DNA of 64,000 bases from a virus. Taxonomy: Duplodnaviria > Caudoviricetes. Position 1 is the stretch's first letter; the number at the start of each line of letters is the position of its first letter. Positions 30,999-40,912 of the stretch are shown piece by piece. A model generated the notes under the pieces. That model saw nothing but the letters and a program-made list of their open reading frames with translations, was not told the DNA's origin and searched no databases. Both the position numbers and the translations under genes were made by a program. The stretch covers positions 25,712 through 89,711 of the IMG/VR virus record IMGVR_UViG_3300020048_000076; one strand, 5' to 3'.

Positions 30999-32563
30999 GT
31001 CTAATTATAAAAAGACAAGGCGTAGGTGGTAAAGGTTCTCCGCTTACTTCCAGTGAAGTAGATGCTAATGTCAATAACCTTAACAATGACAAAGTTGAAA
31101 CAGCCAACAGCACTTTCACTGGAACACCCAGTCTTGTTGATAACTTAATACCATTGACTGGAACGGTATTACCTGCTATCTACCCAACACTTAACCTAGA
31201 CTTTGCTAATAGCCAAACACTAGACCCAAGAGTTACTTTTGCCAGAAGTAGTACAGCGACTTATACCGATAAGACTGGTTTGGTTAAACTTGCCAATCCT
31301 AATATCCCTCGCTTTGACTTTGACCCAATCAACAGAAAGTGCTTGGGGCTACTGATAGAAGAAGGTAGAACTAATCTATTGGTTAATTCCACAATAGATG
31401 GAGCTAACCTTGCCACTCAGAATATAACCACCACTGCGGCTGCTAGAACTTTGAGCTTCTATGGAAGTGGAAGTGTTGCATTGTCGGGTAGAGTTAATAT
31501 GCTAACTAAGACTGAAGATCTTAACAACGTGGCGTGGGAAAAACCCGATGGCGCACTAACCATTACGGGTGGCGTTTCTGACCCGCTTGGTGGGTCAACG
31601 GCATTCACGCTAACAACATCGGCTGTCAATCAAAGATTTAGCCAACTTAATGGTTTGTCTAATATTTCTGCGTCGGTATGGATTCGACGTAGAACAGGCT
31701 CTGGTGCAATTGGTTTATTTAACGGGGCTGCTTGGTCTGCACTCGCTATCACATCGGAATGGAAACTATTTTCTGTCGCAGGTGGGTCACTTTTTTCTCT
31801 ATACTTGAGTGCATCAGGAGATGCTTTTGATGTGTGGCATCCCGATGTACGCCCAACTAACACCACCAACTTTTTACCAGCCTATCAAAGAGTTAATACA
31901 ACTACTGACTTTACTCCTGCAACAGCAACCATAGTCGGTCTAGGTGCTTATCCAACTCGCACAACTTATACCTATACTCCTACGGCTGGAACACTTACAG
32001 TAACTGTTAGTGGAACTGTTCAGTATGCCAATGATGAAGCGGGAAAGTTTGCCACAAGTTTTATGCCTACAGGTGGAAGTAGTTTTAGTCGGGTTGCTGA
32101 CAGTGCTAGTATGACTGGGGTGAACTTCTCTAGTTGGTTTAATCAGGCTGAGGGTAGTTTTTATATTGATGAGGATTTATTAGCACCTACTAATCAAGTT
32201 GATGGATACTCCATCCGAGTTGCGGGTGCTTCAAAACCATATGTAGTGGGATATAGAAATTCTCTAACAGCCACTAAAGCTGCGTTTGTAGGTTATTCTG
32301 GTGGGACAACTCAAATAATTGTAGGTAATCCCATGAAAATTGCTATGTATTATTCGCTAGTTAGCGGATTTTACAACGGCATAATAAATGCCACAATATC
32401 AAATGCAGATATAGCGATTGGGGATTTTAGTGGAATACAATCTACCATGATTATAGGCTCGTATGGCGGGGGTTCAGCAGGAAACCTTAACGGTCACATC
32501 AAAAAGCTTACCTATTACCCCAAAGCACTTTCATCTTCTGAACTCGTAGGACTAACACGATGA
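30995..32563 (+). CDS. fibre/adhesin paralog B
   Basis: Same conserved blocks; ATGA overlap. Confidence 0.7.
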   Translation: MSLIIKRQGVGGKGSPLTSSEVDANVNNLNNDKVETANSTFTGTPSLVDNLIPLTGTVLPAIYPTLNLDFANSQTLDPRVTFARSSTATYTDKTGLVKLANPNIPRFDFDPINRKCLGLLIEEGRTNLLVNSTIDGANLATQNITTTAAARTLSFYGSGSVALSGRVNMLTKTEDLNNVAWEKPDGALTITGGVSDPLGGSTAFTLTTSAVNQRFSQLNGLSNISASVWIRRRTGSGAIGLFNGAAWSALAITSEWKLFSVAGGSLFSLYLSASGDAFDVWHPDVRPTNTTNFLPAYQRVNTTTDFTPATATIVGLGAYPTRTTYTYTPTAGTLTVTVSGTVQYANDEAGKFATSFMPTGGSSFSRVADSASMTGVNFSSWFNQAEGSFYIDEDLLAPTNQVDGYSIRVAGASKPYVVGYRNSLTATKAAFVGYSGGTTQIIVGNPMKIAMYYSLVSGFYNGIINATISNADIAIGDFSGIQSTMIIGSYGGGSAGNLNGHIKKLTYYPKALSSSELVGLTR

Positions 32564-34560
32564 GTACCATTGTAAAACGCATCACGAAAGGTACTACGCT
32601 AACTTTATTAGAGTTAGATGCCAATATTAATAACCTGAATACAGGTAAGCTGGAAGTATCTGGAGGAACACTCACCGGTAGACCTAAACTTGCCAATCAA
32701 GATATTGATATTATAGAGCCTAAGTATCCCACTATTAAACCTTCTTTGAATCTGGACTTTGTTAGTAGCAGACAGCTTGACCCAAGAGTTACTTTTGCTA
32801 GGAATAGTACCGCAGCTTATTATGATGGGAAGACTACTGCGAAGGCTGAGGAGAATTTACTCACATATTCACAAGATTTTAGTAATGGGATTTGGGTAAA
32901 GGGAGGCGGTAGTGGTAGTATAGTAGTTAGTAATTCTACAGTTGCGCCAGATGGGACAAATACAGGCACTACTTATATTGCCGCTAATGGTGTAGGGTCA
33001 AATGCTAATGTATTGTGGGAAGGGTCAATCGGGTCTGGTAGTACAACATATACATATTCCGTATATCTAAAACAAGGAACATTTACATCAGCTAATTTTA
33101 AAATTTGTGTTTTTACTGGTATAGCACCCTCTGGATTTATTTCACAAACTGCCGTAGATATTGACTTAACTACTGGAAATCTTACAAACTTATCAAACGG
33201 AACATTTACATCCGTAGTACAAACATCGGTACCTGCAAATAATGGATGGTACAGACTTATTGTTACTGGTATAACTCCTTCTAATACTTATGGAATACAA
33301 GGCAGAATAACTACAGGCTCTACTGTAACTGGCGATGGTACTTCGGGATTTTATGTCTGGGGCGCACAGTTAGAACAACGCTCTTCAGTCACCGCTTATA
33401 CCCCAACTACCACCGCACCTATTACTAACTACATACCTGTATTAAAGTTTGCTCAACCTAATGTACCAAGATTGGATTATGACCCAATTACAGGGAAGGC
33501 ATTGGGATTGTTGATTGAGGAGCAGAGGGTTAATTTACTGAGTAATTCTGTTGGGAATGGAGCAAGTTGGAATGTTAGATCGGGGACTATTGTAACAACT
33601 GCAAATGCTCAAGTAGCTCCAGATGGCAATATAACGGCTACTCAAATAACAAAAACTGCAACAGTTGATAGTGTATGGCAGCAACCATTTACTGCAATTG
33701 TTGGTATAACTTATACTGCCTCTGCTTATTTTGAAAAAACATCTTATGCCAGTGTAATAGAACTTGCCATTAGATTGAGTTTTTCTGGGGGAGACTCAAG
33801 CGGATATCTTAGTTTTGATACTTTAACTGCTGCTTATGCAATACGATCTGGTGCATTGGGAGCGATATCTATTATAGATTGTGGACGTTATTGGAGGATA
33901 TGTATTACATCATCAGGAACAACTACAGGTACTCTTCACGAAAGTGATTTTATCATTCGTCCTATTATGGGCAGTGTTGTAGGTGGCTTTACTGCTACAG
34001 CAACTGGTTCTTGTATATTTTGGGGCGCACAGTTAGAAGTAGGTTCATTCGCCACAAGCTACATCCCAACAACCACTGGAGCAGTCACAAGAGTTGCTGA
34101 CCAAGCCAGTATGACGGGGACTAATTTTAGTAGTTGGTATAATCAGAGTCAGGGGGCAATGTATTGTGAGGGTGATACAGTAGTACCACAAGGCACGACT
34201 ATAGCTGAAAATTTCTGGAGCTTATCTGATAGTTTAGGTACAAATTATGTAGCGGGGCAGATATATAATCAGACAAACTATCTTATAATCAGGGTTGCCT
34301 CGGTAAATTCTCAAATCGGCTTACTTGGATATACTCCAAGTTTAGCATTAAAATCTACTTACAATTTAGTAGATGGTGCTTATACTTTTTGCAAGAATGG
34401 AGTAATGAGTGGTGTTTTAGCAATAAATAAAAACGGATCTTATACGCAAATGGGGTTGGGTAGTGTATTAGCAACAAACTACTTAAACGGTCACATCCGT
34501 AAGCTCACCTACTACCCAAAAGCACTCACATCAACCGAATTAGTCGCACTTACAAGCTAA
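32560..34560 (+). CDS. fibre/adhesin paralog C
   Basis: Same conserved blocks; closest in architecture to paralog A. Confidence 0.7.
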   Translation: MSTIVKRITKGTTLTLLELDANINNLNTGKLEVSGGTLTGRPKLANQDIDIIEPKYPTIKPSLNLDFVSSRQLDPRVTFARNSTAAYYDGKTTAKAEENLLTYSQDFSNGIWVKGGGSGSIVVSNSTVAPDGTNTGTTYIAANGVGSNANVLWEGSIGSGSTTYTYSVYLKQGTFTSANFKICVFTGIAPSGFISQTAVDIDLTTGNLTNLSNGTFTSVVQTSVPANNGWYRLIVTGITPSNTYGIQGRITTGSTVTGDGTSGFYVWGAQLEQRSSVTAYTPTTTAPITNYIPVLKFAQPNVPRLDYDPITGKALGLLIEEQRVNLLSNSVGNGASWNVRSGTIVTTANAQVAPDGNITATQITKTATVDSVWQQPFTAIVGITYTASAYFEKTSYASVIELAIRLSFSGGDSSGYLSFDTLTAAYAIRSGALGAISIIDCGRYWRICITSSGTTTGTLHESDFIIRPIMGSVVGGFTATATGSCIFWGAQLEVGSFATSYIPTTTGAVTRVADQASMTGTNFSSWYNQSQGAMYCEGDTVVPQGTTIAENFWSLSDSLGTNYVAGQIYNQTNYLIIRVASVNSQIGLLGYTPSLALKSTYNLVDGAYTFCKNGVMSGVLAINKNGSYTQMGLGSVLATNYLNGHIRKLTYYPKALTSTELVALTS

Positions 34561-34569
34561 AGGAATATT

Positions 34570-34827
34570 ATGAATATATATAAAGTATCTCAGGACTATA
34601 CTTGGGGCTGTGTTGCTTACGGTCAAGCTTGGATATGCGTAGCTGAAGATGAAGAGTCAGCAAAGTTCAGTAAATTAGATCATTGGGAAGATATAGAAGT
34701 CTATTCAAATCCTAACGATCAGAACAGTGAAATAGTACCCTTTACTGACTTCAAAGTAGAATTTATATCAACGTACGATGGTTCAAACCCAGAACCTCAT
34801 ATTATTTTAGTAAGCTATCCAGAGTAA
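34570..34827 (+). CDS. small acidic hypothetical protein
   Basis: AAGGA RBS; MNIYKVSQ...CVAEDEESAK. Confidence 0.65.
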   Translation: MNIYKVSQDYTWGCVAYGQAWICVAEDEESAKFSKLDHWEDIEVYSNPNDQNSEIVPFTDFKVEFISTYDGSNPEPHIILVSYPE

Positions 34828-34833
34828 ACAACA

Positions 34834-35313
34834 ATGAAAAGATTAATACTTACAAGTCCAAGTGGACTAACGATTGACCAACTAACAGCAGAACAACAAG
34901 CAGCCATTCAATCTGTGTTTGCTCAGTATGTGTTGCCAATGCCTGGCACTATTACGGCTGGAGAGTCTACCTACAGTATAACCAGACCTGACCCAGAGTC
35001 TGCAGTAGAAGTGCCATTGCCTGATGTTACTACTACCTTCACAGGTACTTGTATCTTAGATGCAGTAACCAATGATAACTTTGACCCAGCAGTAATAGAG
35101 CCACTAGGTCTACCTTTTGTACTGCTTGGCATGTGGCAATGGGATGGAAGTGAACATTCGGCTTTAATTAATCTATTGCCTCTAGCACCTGAGTTCATCA
35201 ACTATCTACCAGATGTGACTACTTACGATGCTGAAGGTAATGTAATTTCTACTAATCCACCTACTTTAACTATCCCCCATAACTGGTGTGGATGGGGAGA
35301 TGTTGTACTATGA
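34834..35313 (+). CDS. putative fibre assembly chaperone
   Basis: Acidic Pro-rich 159 aa protein following the fibre genes. Confidence 0.4.
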   Translation: MKRLILTSPSGLTIDQLTAEQQAAIQSVFAQYVLPMPGTITAGESTYSITRPDPESAVEVPLPDVTTTFTGTCILDAVTNDNFDPAVIEPLGLPFVLLGMWQWDGSEHSALINLLPLAPEFINYLPDVTTYDAEGNVISTNPPTLTIPHNWCGWGDVVL

Positions 35314-35690
35314 GTAACTTAATCGGAACTGCACCTGACCAAGTACCTGTTAATGGTATGTTAGGTAAACTAGCTTTTATAGATAGCGACCCTGCTTTCT
35401 CTGGTGCTATTGATGCGTTGCAAGCTGCACCTACTATTGCCAGTGCAGCTACTATTGCGCCTACTAACTTGATCACTTTTATAACAGGTAATGTAACTAT
35501 ATCGACTATTACACCACCCACTAATATCTTGGCTACGGGTGGTATATTAATTCTTATACCTAAAGATACTTCAACTTTTAGTACAATAGCTACGGGTGGT
35601 AATATTGCTGTTGCTACCTCTGGGGTTAAAAGCAAAGCATTAATAATGATTTATGATTCTGTCGCTAACCTTTGGTATCCAAGCTACTGA
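35310..35690 (+). CDS. virion structural protein
   Basis: Likely ATG at 35310 (ATGA overlap); IGTAPDQVPVNGMLGKLAF motif typical of fibre-associated proteins. Confidence 0.55.
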   Translation: MSNLIGTAPDQVPVNGMLGKLAFIDSDPAFSGAIDALQAAPTIASAATIAPTNLITFITGNVTISTITPPTNILATGGILILIPKDTSTFSTIATGGNIAVATSGVKSKALIMIYDSVANLWYPSY

Positions 35691-36568
35691 TGGCACAAGT
35701 TTATGGTGATGTAGCGTATAACACTGACGGCTATTGGTTAGCAGCAGAAGAGTATCTTGCTGCAACACCTAGTATGTCTGCGTCAGGTACAGGGACTTTG
35801 TTCTTTGTACCTCAAGTCTATGGTGTTTCTACTTATAACGCTGATGGTTATTGGTTAACCGCTGAAGAGTATTTAGAGTGTTCAACTGTTGCTGTTAGTA
35901 CCGGCCTCGGTAATATTTACTCTACTTTAAGCATATCAAGTACAGGCGTAGCGTTACCTTCAAGTATAGGTAATATCTATTCTGTTATGGGTTTATCTTC
36001 TAATAGCTATACGCTAAGTACAGGTATTGGAAATATTTATTCTACGATGGCTATTCAAGGTATTTCTAGCGCTGTTAGTACGATGACAGCCGGTATCTAT
36101 CTGTCCAGTCTATTACAAGGTAATCCAACTGCGATATCCTCAAGTACAGGGGCTATTAAACTAGACAGTTATCTGTACTCAAACAGCAGTGCCTCACCTT
36201 TAGGTACGGGTAATATTTACTCTACGCTATCTATTCAAGGTAGTGCTAATGCGGTTAGTACGCTACAGGCTAGTATCTATTTATCAAGTCTTTTAAGAAG
36301 TAATTCAGTTGCAGTAGCTTCAAGTACAGCGGCTATTAAATTAGACAGTTATCTATACGCTGCCAGCTTTGTTAATCCAGTTAGTACCGGTAATATCTAT
36401 TCAACGATGCTTATTCAAAGCAATGCAAGTGCAATAACTTCTACTTTTGCAAGGCTTACTTTTCCTTCTACTTACATTGGTCTTTTAGGCATCGACTCAT
36501 TGACACCGGTGCATACACAGAATACGCTTACACCTTTATATACTATTCAGGATTATTATGAGTCTTAG
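35690..36568 (+). CDS. repeat-containing virion protein (20-aa period)
   Basis: TGATG-coupled start; GNIYST repeats every 60 bp. Confidence 0.6.
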   Translation: MAQVYGDVAYNTDGYWLAAEEYLAATPSMSASGTGTLFFVPQVYGVSTYNADGYWLTAEEYLECSTVAVSTGLGNIYSTLSISSTGVALPSSIGNIYSVMGLSSNSYTLSTGIGNIYSTMAIQGISSAVSTMTAGIYLSSLLQGNPTAISSSTGAIKLDSYLYSNSSASPLGTGNIYSTLSIQGSANAVSTLQASIYLSSLLRSNSVAVASSTAAIKLDSYLYAASFVNPVSTGNIYSTMLIQSNASAITSTFARLTFPSTYIGLLGIDSLTPVHTQNTLTPLYTIQDYYES

Positions 36569-36860
36569 AGAAATCATATATTTAGACAGAGATAACGAGA
36601 TTGTGTTATCACTATCAACCAATGGGGTTGCTATTAACCATAGTTTAATTACACGTTGTCAGATTCATGTAGGCGATTATATAGTTGATAGCTTAACTAA
36701 ACCGGCCTTGTTTGATTTTACCAATGTGGATAAAATTATATTAACGTTGGGCAGTGAGCCTATTGAAGTTGGTAAATACATAGCTAAACTCTATATTTAC
36801 GATCTTGATAACCTAGATGGTGTGTCGTGGGGACAGCTTTCCGTAACGGTAAAATACTAG
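36558..36860 (+). CDS. Ig-like/BppU-like structural protein
   Basis: IYLDRDN...GKYIAKLYIYD pattern. Confidence 0.45.
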   Translation: MSLREIIYLDRDNEIVLSLSTNGVAINHSLITRCQIHVGDYIVDSLTKPALFDFTNVDKIILTLGSEPIEVGKYIAKLYIYDLDNLDGVSWGQLSVTVKY

Positions 36861-36875
36861 ATGTTATAATATAAC

Positions 36876-37316
36876 ATGTGTAAAAACCTGTTAGTTTTTG
36901 TACTGTTAACAGGCTGTGTTAATGCAAAGTATGAGCACTATGTTGAAGTTAATAAACTACCAGCTGTGTTTAATGAAAACGAGATAGATAGGTATTTATT
37001 AACGCAGTATAAGAACGTTGATAGAGAACAAGTACGGCTTATCTATTATAAAGATGAGGTTTATATCGCTGATGAATTAGCGGTAGAAGGGGCTAGGTAC
37101 AAGGTTAGCATAAAGATATTGGACTTAATTGCTAACTGTGCAATTAGAGGATGCAATAGAATAATCCATGCGCATAATCACGTTGGGCAATTCTTTGCAA
37201 AACCTTCCTCTGGGGATGTTGATACGGATGCTTTAGTAAAAGAACGCTTATCTTTTACCGATATAAAAATAAACTTGGTGGTCGTCGCTGATCACGACAC
37301 TTACTGGATACGATAA
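36876..37316 (+). CDS. lipoprotein with JAB/RadC-like metal-binding motif
   Basis: Lipobox LLTGC (Cys14); IIHAHNH...PSSGD. Confidence 0.5.
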   Translation: MCKNLLVFVLLTGCVNAKYEHYVEVNKLPAVFNENEIDRYLLTQYKNVDREQVRLIYYKDEVYIADELAVEGARYKVSIKILDLIANCAIRGCNRIIHAHNHVGQFFAKPSSGDVDTDALVKERLSFTDIKINLVVVADHDTYWIR

Positions 37317-37645
37317 TGAAAATACTATCACTTATATTACCGGCCTTACTCATAGGTTGCACTACACCGCAAACCTGCAATGACCTTGCGTATCAAGCGT
37401 CTAACAATGCGTTAAATCAAACGATAGACAAACTTGATGAGCATGTCGCTTGGATAATGATGAAGAAGGGGAACTCACAACTTCCTTCTATGCAATACAC
37501 AGCGAGTGATGAATCAACAATAGGCGAATCGCAAGACGTATCAGGTAAAAATAGTCCGACAGACTACACCGGACCAAGTTCCAGAGAAGCTTATGAAAAA
37601 ACCTTGAAATCGTGCAATATAAAGGTAACTATAGCGGCTAAATAG
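37316..37645 (+). CDS. lipoprotein of unknown function
   Basis: Signal peptide with lipobox LLIGC (Cys15). Confidence 0.65.
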   Translation: MKILSLILPALLIGCTTPQTCNDLAYQASNNALNQTIDKLDEHVAWIMMKKGNSQLPSMQYTASDESTIGESQDVSGKNSPTDYTGPSSREAYEKTLKSCNIKVTIAAK

Positions 37646-37734
37646 GGATATTCTTAGAATTAAGATATACTATATGCAGGTAACGTTTAACATATTTTGC
37701 ACATTCCTCAAAATTTAAAGTAAGGTAAGATCAC

Positions 37735-38094
37735 ATGAGCATACAAAACAGACAATTACTTACCGCTACTATCGCTTCAGGCGCTAGTTTTTCAAACACT
37801 ATCGATTTATCTTTTCATGTTTTAGTAGGCTTTGTTACCCCTGCTGCATGGACAACCGCGGCTATCGACATAGAAGTTTCAATTGATGGGGTTAATTTTT
37901 TCACTAATACTTATGATAGTTCCGGTATCACCACAGGGATTTACCTGACTCCGGTCGTATCCTCTGGCTACTCTGTTGATGCTTTAGCCTTAATACCTTA
38001 TAACTTTGTTAGATTCCGTTCTGGTACTACAGCAGTCCCTGTGAACCAAGCCGCTGCTAGAACTATTTCAGTTATCACTAGACCATTCATGTAA
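37735..38094 (+). CDS. small beta-sandwich virion protein (possible fibre/spike base)
   Basis: TIASGAS.SN.IDL...PAAWT.A.I..EVS.DG pattern; precedes fibre D. Confidence 0.45.
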   Translation: MSIQNRQLLTATIASGASFSNTIDLSFHVLVGFVTPAAWTTAAIDIEVSIDGVNFFTNTYDSSGITTGIYLTPVVSSGYSVDALALIPYNFVRFRSGTTAVPVNQAAARTISVITRPFM

Positions 38095-38097
38095 GCC

Positions 38098-40275
38098 ATG
38101 AGTTTACTATTACTAATTAAGAAGAAGTTCAATCCCCGTAACTGGTTCGCAAAAGGAGAACAAGGCGCCTGGTACGACCCCAGTGACTTCTTACCTAACT
38201 GGCGTAGGAATCTGCTGACTTATAGTCAACGGATAGGTGGAACTAATTGGAGCGCAATTAACAATGGTACTTTAAATGGTACAAACTATACTGCTCCCGA
38301 TGGCACTTTAACAGCAAGTCTTATTACTTCAACTGGGGCAGATTGTTATCTGATTCAAAACAATTCATTTACAACTGGAATACCTTACACTTTTTCTGTT
38401 TATCTAAGAGCAGATGCTAATGTAAGTATAAGTTTTGGTATAGGCGTAACTTTTACTACAGCGCCAATTACTACCACTTGGCAAAGATTTACATTTACGA
38501 TGAATGCCGTTGCTGGAATGCAGCAACGGATTATTATTGGGGGTATAAATAGTTGGGCTTCAGGGACTTCGGTCTATCTCTGGGGCGCACAACTAGATAA
38601 AAGCTCCTCAGCAACTGCGTACCAAAAGATCACTGACGGTATCCAAGATTACTACACCTACCAACCTCAACCTGTCTTATTCCAAGACTCCGCAGGCGTA
38701 ACGCCTGTAACCGCACTTGAACAACCTGTCGGCTTGATGCTCGATAAGTCGAAAGGCTTGGCGCTAGGTGCTGAGTTGGTGACGAATGGTGACTTTAGTA
38801 ATGGGTCTACGGGGTGGAGTTTAGATGCAGGATGGTCAGTAGCTGGAGGACTTGTAAACGGAACGGCAGTTAGTCCGGGCTATGGTATAGGTACTACAAT
38901 TGCAGGGGCAATAAATACTTGGTATAAGATAACAATTACTGTATCTAATTATGTGTCTGGATCAGTAGCAACGACTCTGTACAATGGCGATAATGGCCCA
39001 GCGTATAGCGCAAACGGAACTTATGTTTCTTATATTCAGAAAAAATCACTTTCGACTAATATTGCTGGTGTTTACGCTGCTACGGCTTTCACAGGCTCTG
39101 TAGACAACATCTCCGTCCGCCAAATCGCAGGCAACCACGCATTCCAAGCCACCAACGCTAACCGCCCGATACTGAGTGCGCGCGTGAACCTCTTAACTAA
39201 GACGGAGGATTTTAGTGATGCGACTGTTTGGGTTAAGAATGCCGGTACATCTGCAGTAGGTGGTTTTTTAGACCCAAATGGTACTTCCAATGCTTATACT
39301 GTTACAGCCTCACTAAATGGTTATATAGGTCAAACTACAACTGTAGCATTAGGTAATAATACCCTTACTTTTACTTATTCTATCTATTTAAAAGCAGGGA
39401 CTGTCACCAGCTGTAGAGCTACTATATATAGTCAGACTGGAGGGGCCAACACATATGTGGAGGTAGACTTAACAACTGGAAACAAATCTTCTGGTGGTAG
39501 TTGGACAAATACACCCACTGTTAGCTACGTTGGTGATGGTTGGTATAAAGTATCATTTATTACAACACCAACAGCCAGTGCATCTAATGGAAACGCAGGG
39601 ATTGTTGTTTATAATATGAATAACGCTGGTACGTTTCAAGTCTGGCACCCAGACCTACGCCCCACTAACTCAGGCGCACTACTACCACCTTATCAGCGTG
39701 TCAACACAGCTTCAGACTACGATAGTGTAGGCTTTCCGCTGTATCTCAAAGCTAACGGCACATCCAGCGCAATGTCTACTAACAGCATTGACTTTAGCGG
39801 CACGGATAAGATGACTGTGGTGACTGGGGTGCGGAAGTTGAGTGATGCTTTGGCCGGTATTTTTATGGAGTTGAGCGTTGATCGAACTGCTAATAACGGT
39901 ACTTTTGGGTATCTTGTTCCTAGAAGTCTCTCAGCAAATGAGCCTTTATTTTCTAGCAAAGGAACAATATTAGTAAATGCTGGAAATATTGCTAACTACC
40001 AAGCTGCGCCAGTTAGCTGGGTTTTATCAGGGCAATCATCTATATCTACACCATCAGTACTATCCCGCATAAATAGTTTGGATTATGTAAGTTCAACAGA
40101 TTCACAAGGCTCAGGAACTTACGGCAACTATCCACTCTACTTATTTGCAAGAACATCAGTTTCATACTTCAACGGCCAATTCTACGGTGCAATCATCCGA
40201 GGCGCACAATCTGACCAGAATTCAATAGTTAAAGCAGAAAAACTTATGGCAACAAAAACTGGTATAACATTTTAG
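38098..40275 (+). CDS. fibre/adhesin paralog D (lectin-like modules)
   Basis: GEQGAWYDPSD, RRNLLTYS, WGAQL, PVGLMLDKS motifs; shares a module with paralog B. Confidence 0.7.
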   Translation: MSLLLLIKKKFNPRNWFAKGEQGAWYDPSDFLPNWRRNLLTYSQRIGGTNWSAINNGTLNGTNYTAPDGTLTASLITSTGADCYLIQNNSFTTGIPYTFSVYLRADANVSISFGIGVTFTTAPITTTWQRFTFTMNAVAGMQQRIIIGGINSWASGTSVYLWGAQLDKSSSATAYQKITDGIQDYYTYQPQPVLFQDSAGVTPVTALEQPVGLMLDKSKGLALGAELVTNGDFSNGSTGWSLDAGWSVAGGLVNGTAVSPGYGIGTTIAGAINTWYKITITVSNYVSGSVATTLYNGDNGPAYSANGTYVSYIQKKSLSTNIAGVYAATAFTGSVDNISVRQIAGNHAFQATNANRPILSARVNLLTKTEDFSDATVWVKNAGTSAVGGFLDPNGTSNAYTVTASLNGYIGQTTTVALGNNTLTFTYSIYLKAGTVTSCRATIYSQTGGANTYVEVDLTTGNKSSGGSWTNTPTVSYVGDGWYKVSFITTPTASASNGNAGIVVYNMNNAGTFQVWHPDLRPTNSGALLPPYQRVNTASDYDSVGFPLYLKANGTSSAMSTNSIDFSGTDKMTVVTGVRKLSDALAGIFMELSVDRTANNGTFGYLVPRSLSANEPLFSSKGTILVNAGNIANYQAAPVSWVLSGQSSISTPSVLSRINSLDYVSSTDSQGSGTYGNYPLYLFARTSVSYFNGQFYGAIIRGAQSDQNSIVKAEKLMATKTGITF

Positions 40276-40282
40276 GATTATT

Positions 40283-40549
40283 ATGAATTTTACAAATTGC
40301 ACAATTATTATTTTAGCAGCAGATAGAGCAGCAGCTCAAGCACTAACTACGTCTGAATACTTTAACGCAGAAGCATCAGCGACAGGTGAATCTCCTGCAA
40401 CACATTACTTCACTTCTGGACCTTTTTCTAACACAGAAGTAGATGCACTTATTAATGACGGAATTTTAACGTGGGTGCGTTCCGAAGATTGGCAATCAGC
40501 ACTGGCAGGCTTGGGATTGGTTCAGGTTATTCCTACAGGAGATATATAA
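40283..40549 (+). CDS. small hypothetical protein, possible fibre chaperone
   Basis: AGGA RBS; follows fibre D. Confidence 0.55.
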   Translation: MNFTNCTIIILAADRAAAQALTTSEYFNAEASATGESPATHYFTSGPFSNTEVDALINDGILTWVRSEDWQSALAGLGLVQVIPTGDI

Positions 40550-40755
40550 TGGGTAAAGTATTTGGAGCTTTTTTATGGCTCAAACAAAACCTAGCACAGC
40601 CGAGTACGATGGCTTCTATAACTGGAGTGCTCGCTATGGTGGGTATGAAAGTAGACCACGGTGTAATACAAGACTGGATCAACGTATTAACATTGGGCTT
40701 TGGAGCATTAGGTTTCTTTCTGCAACCTGCAAAACCATTGGCAAAAGTGGACTGA
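40549..40755 (+). CDS. holin-like membrane protein
   Basis: TAATG-coupled ATG at 40549 with AGGAG RBS; QPST motif and two hydrophobic helices. Confidence 0.5.
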   Translation: MGKVFGAFLWLKQNLAQPSTMASITGVLAMVGMKVDHGVIQDWINVLTLGFGALGFFLQPAKPLAKVD

Positions 40756-40912
40756 TATTAGCGCTTTGTTCTTGTTCTACACTTCCGGTTAAAAGTTGTA
40801 AACCAACTATATCAGTGGCTAATGATAGCTATATGTTAACTACAACAGATAGTTTACCCTTAGCCACTCACTATTTAATTTTCTGTATAACCTGTTTTAT
40901 TGAGGATTTAAA

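Noticed and set aside
28773-34560. Diversity-generating retroelement acting on fibre C-termini
   Set aside because: No reverse transcriptase or non-coding template repeat in the window; differences between the three C-terminal blocks are not adenine-specific
28773-40275. Shufflon/invertible fibre cassette
   Set aside because: All paralogs are co-oriented and complete; no invertase or inverted crossover sites seen
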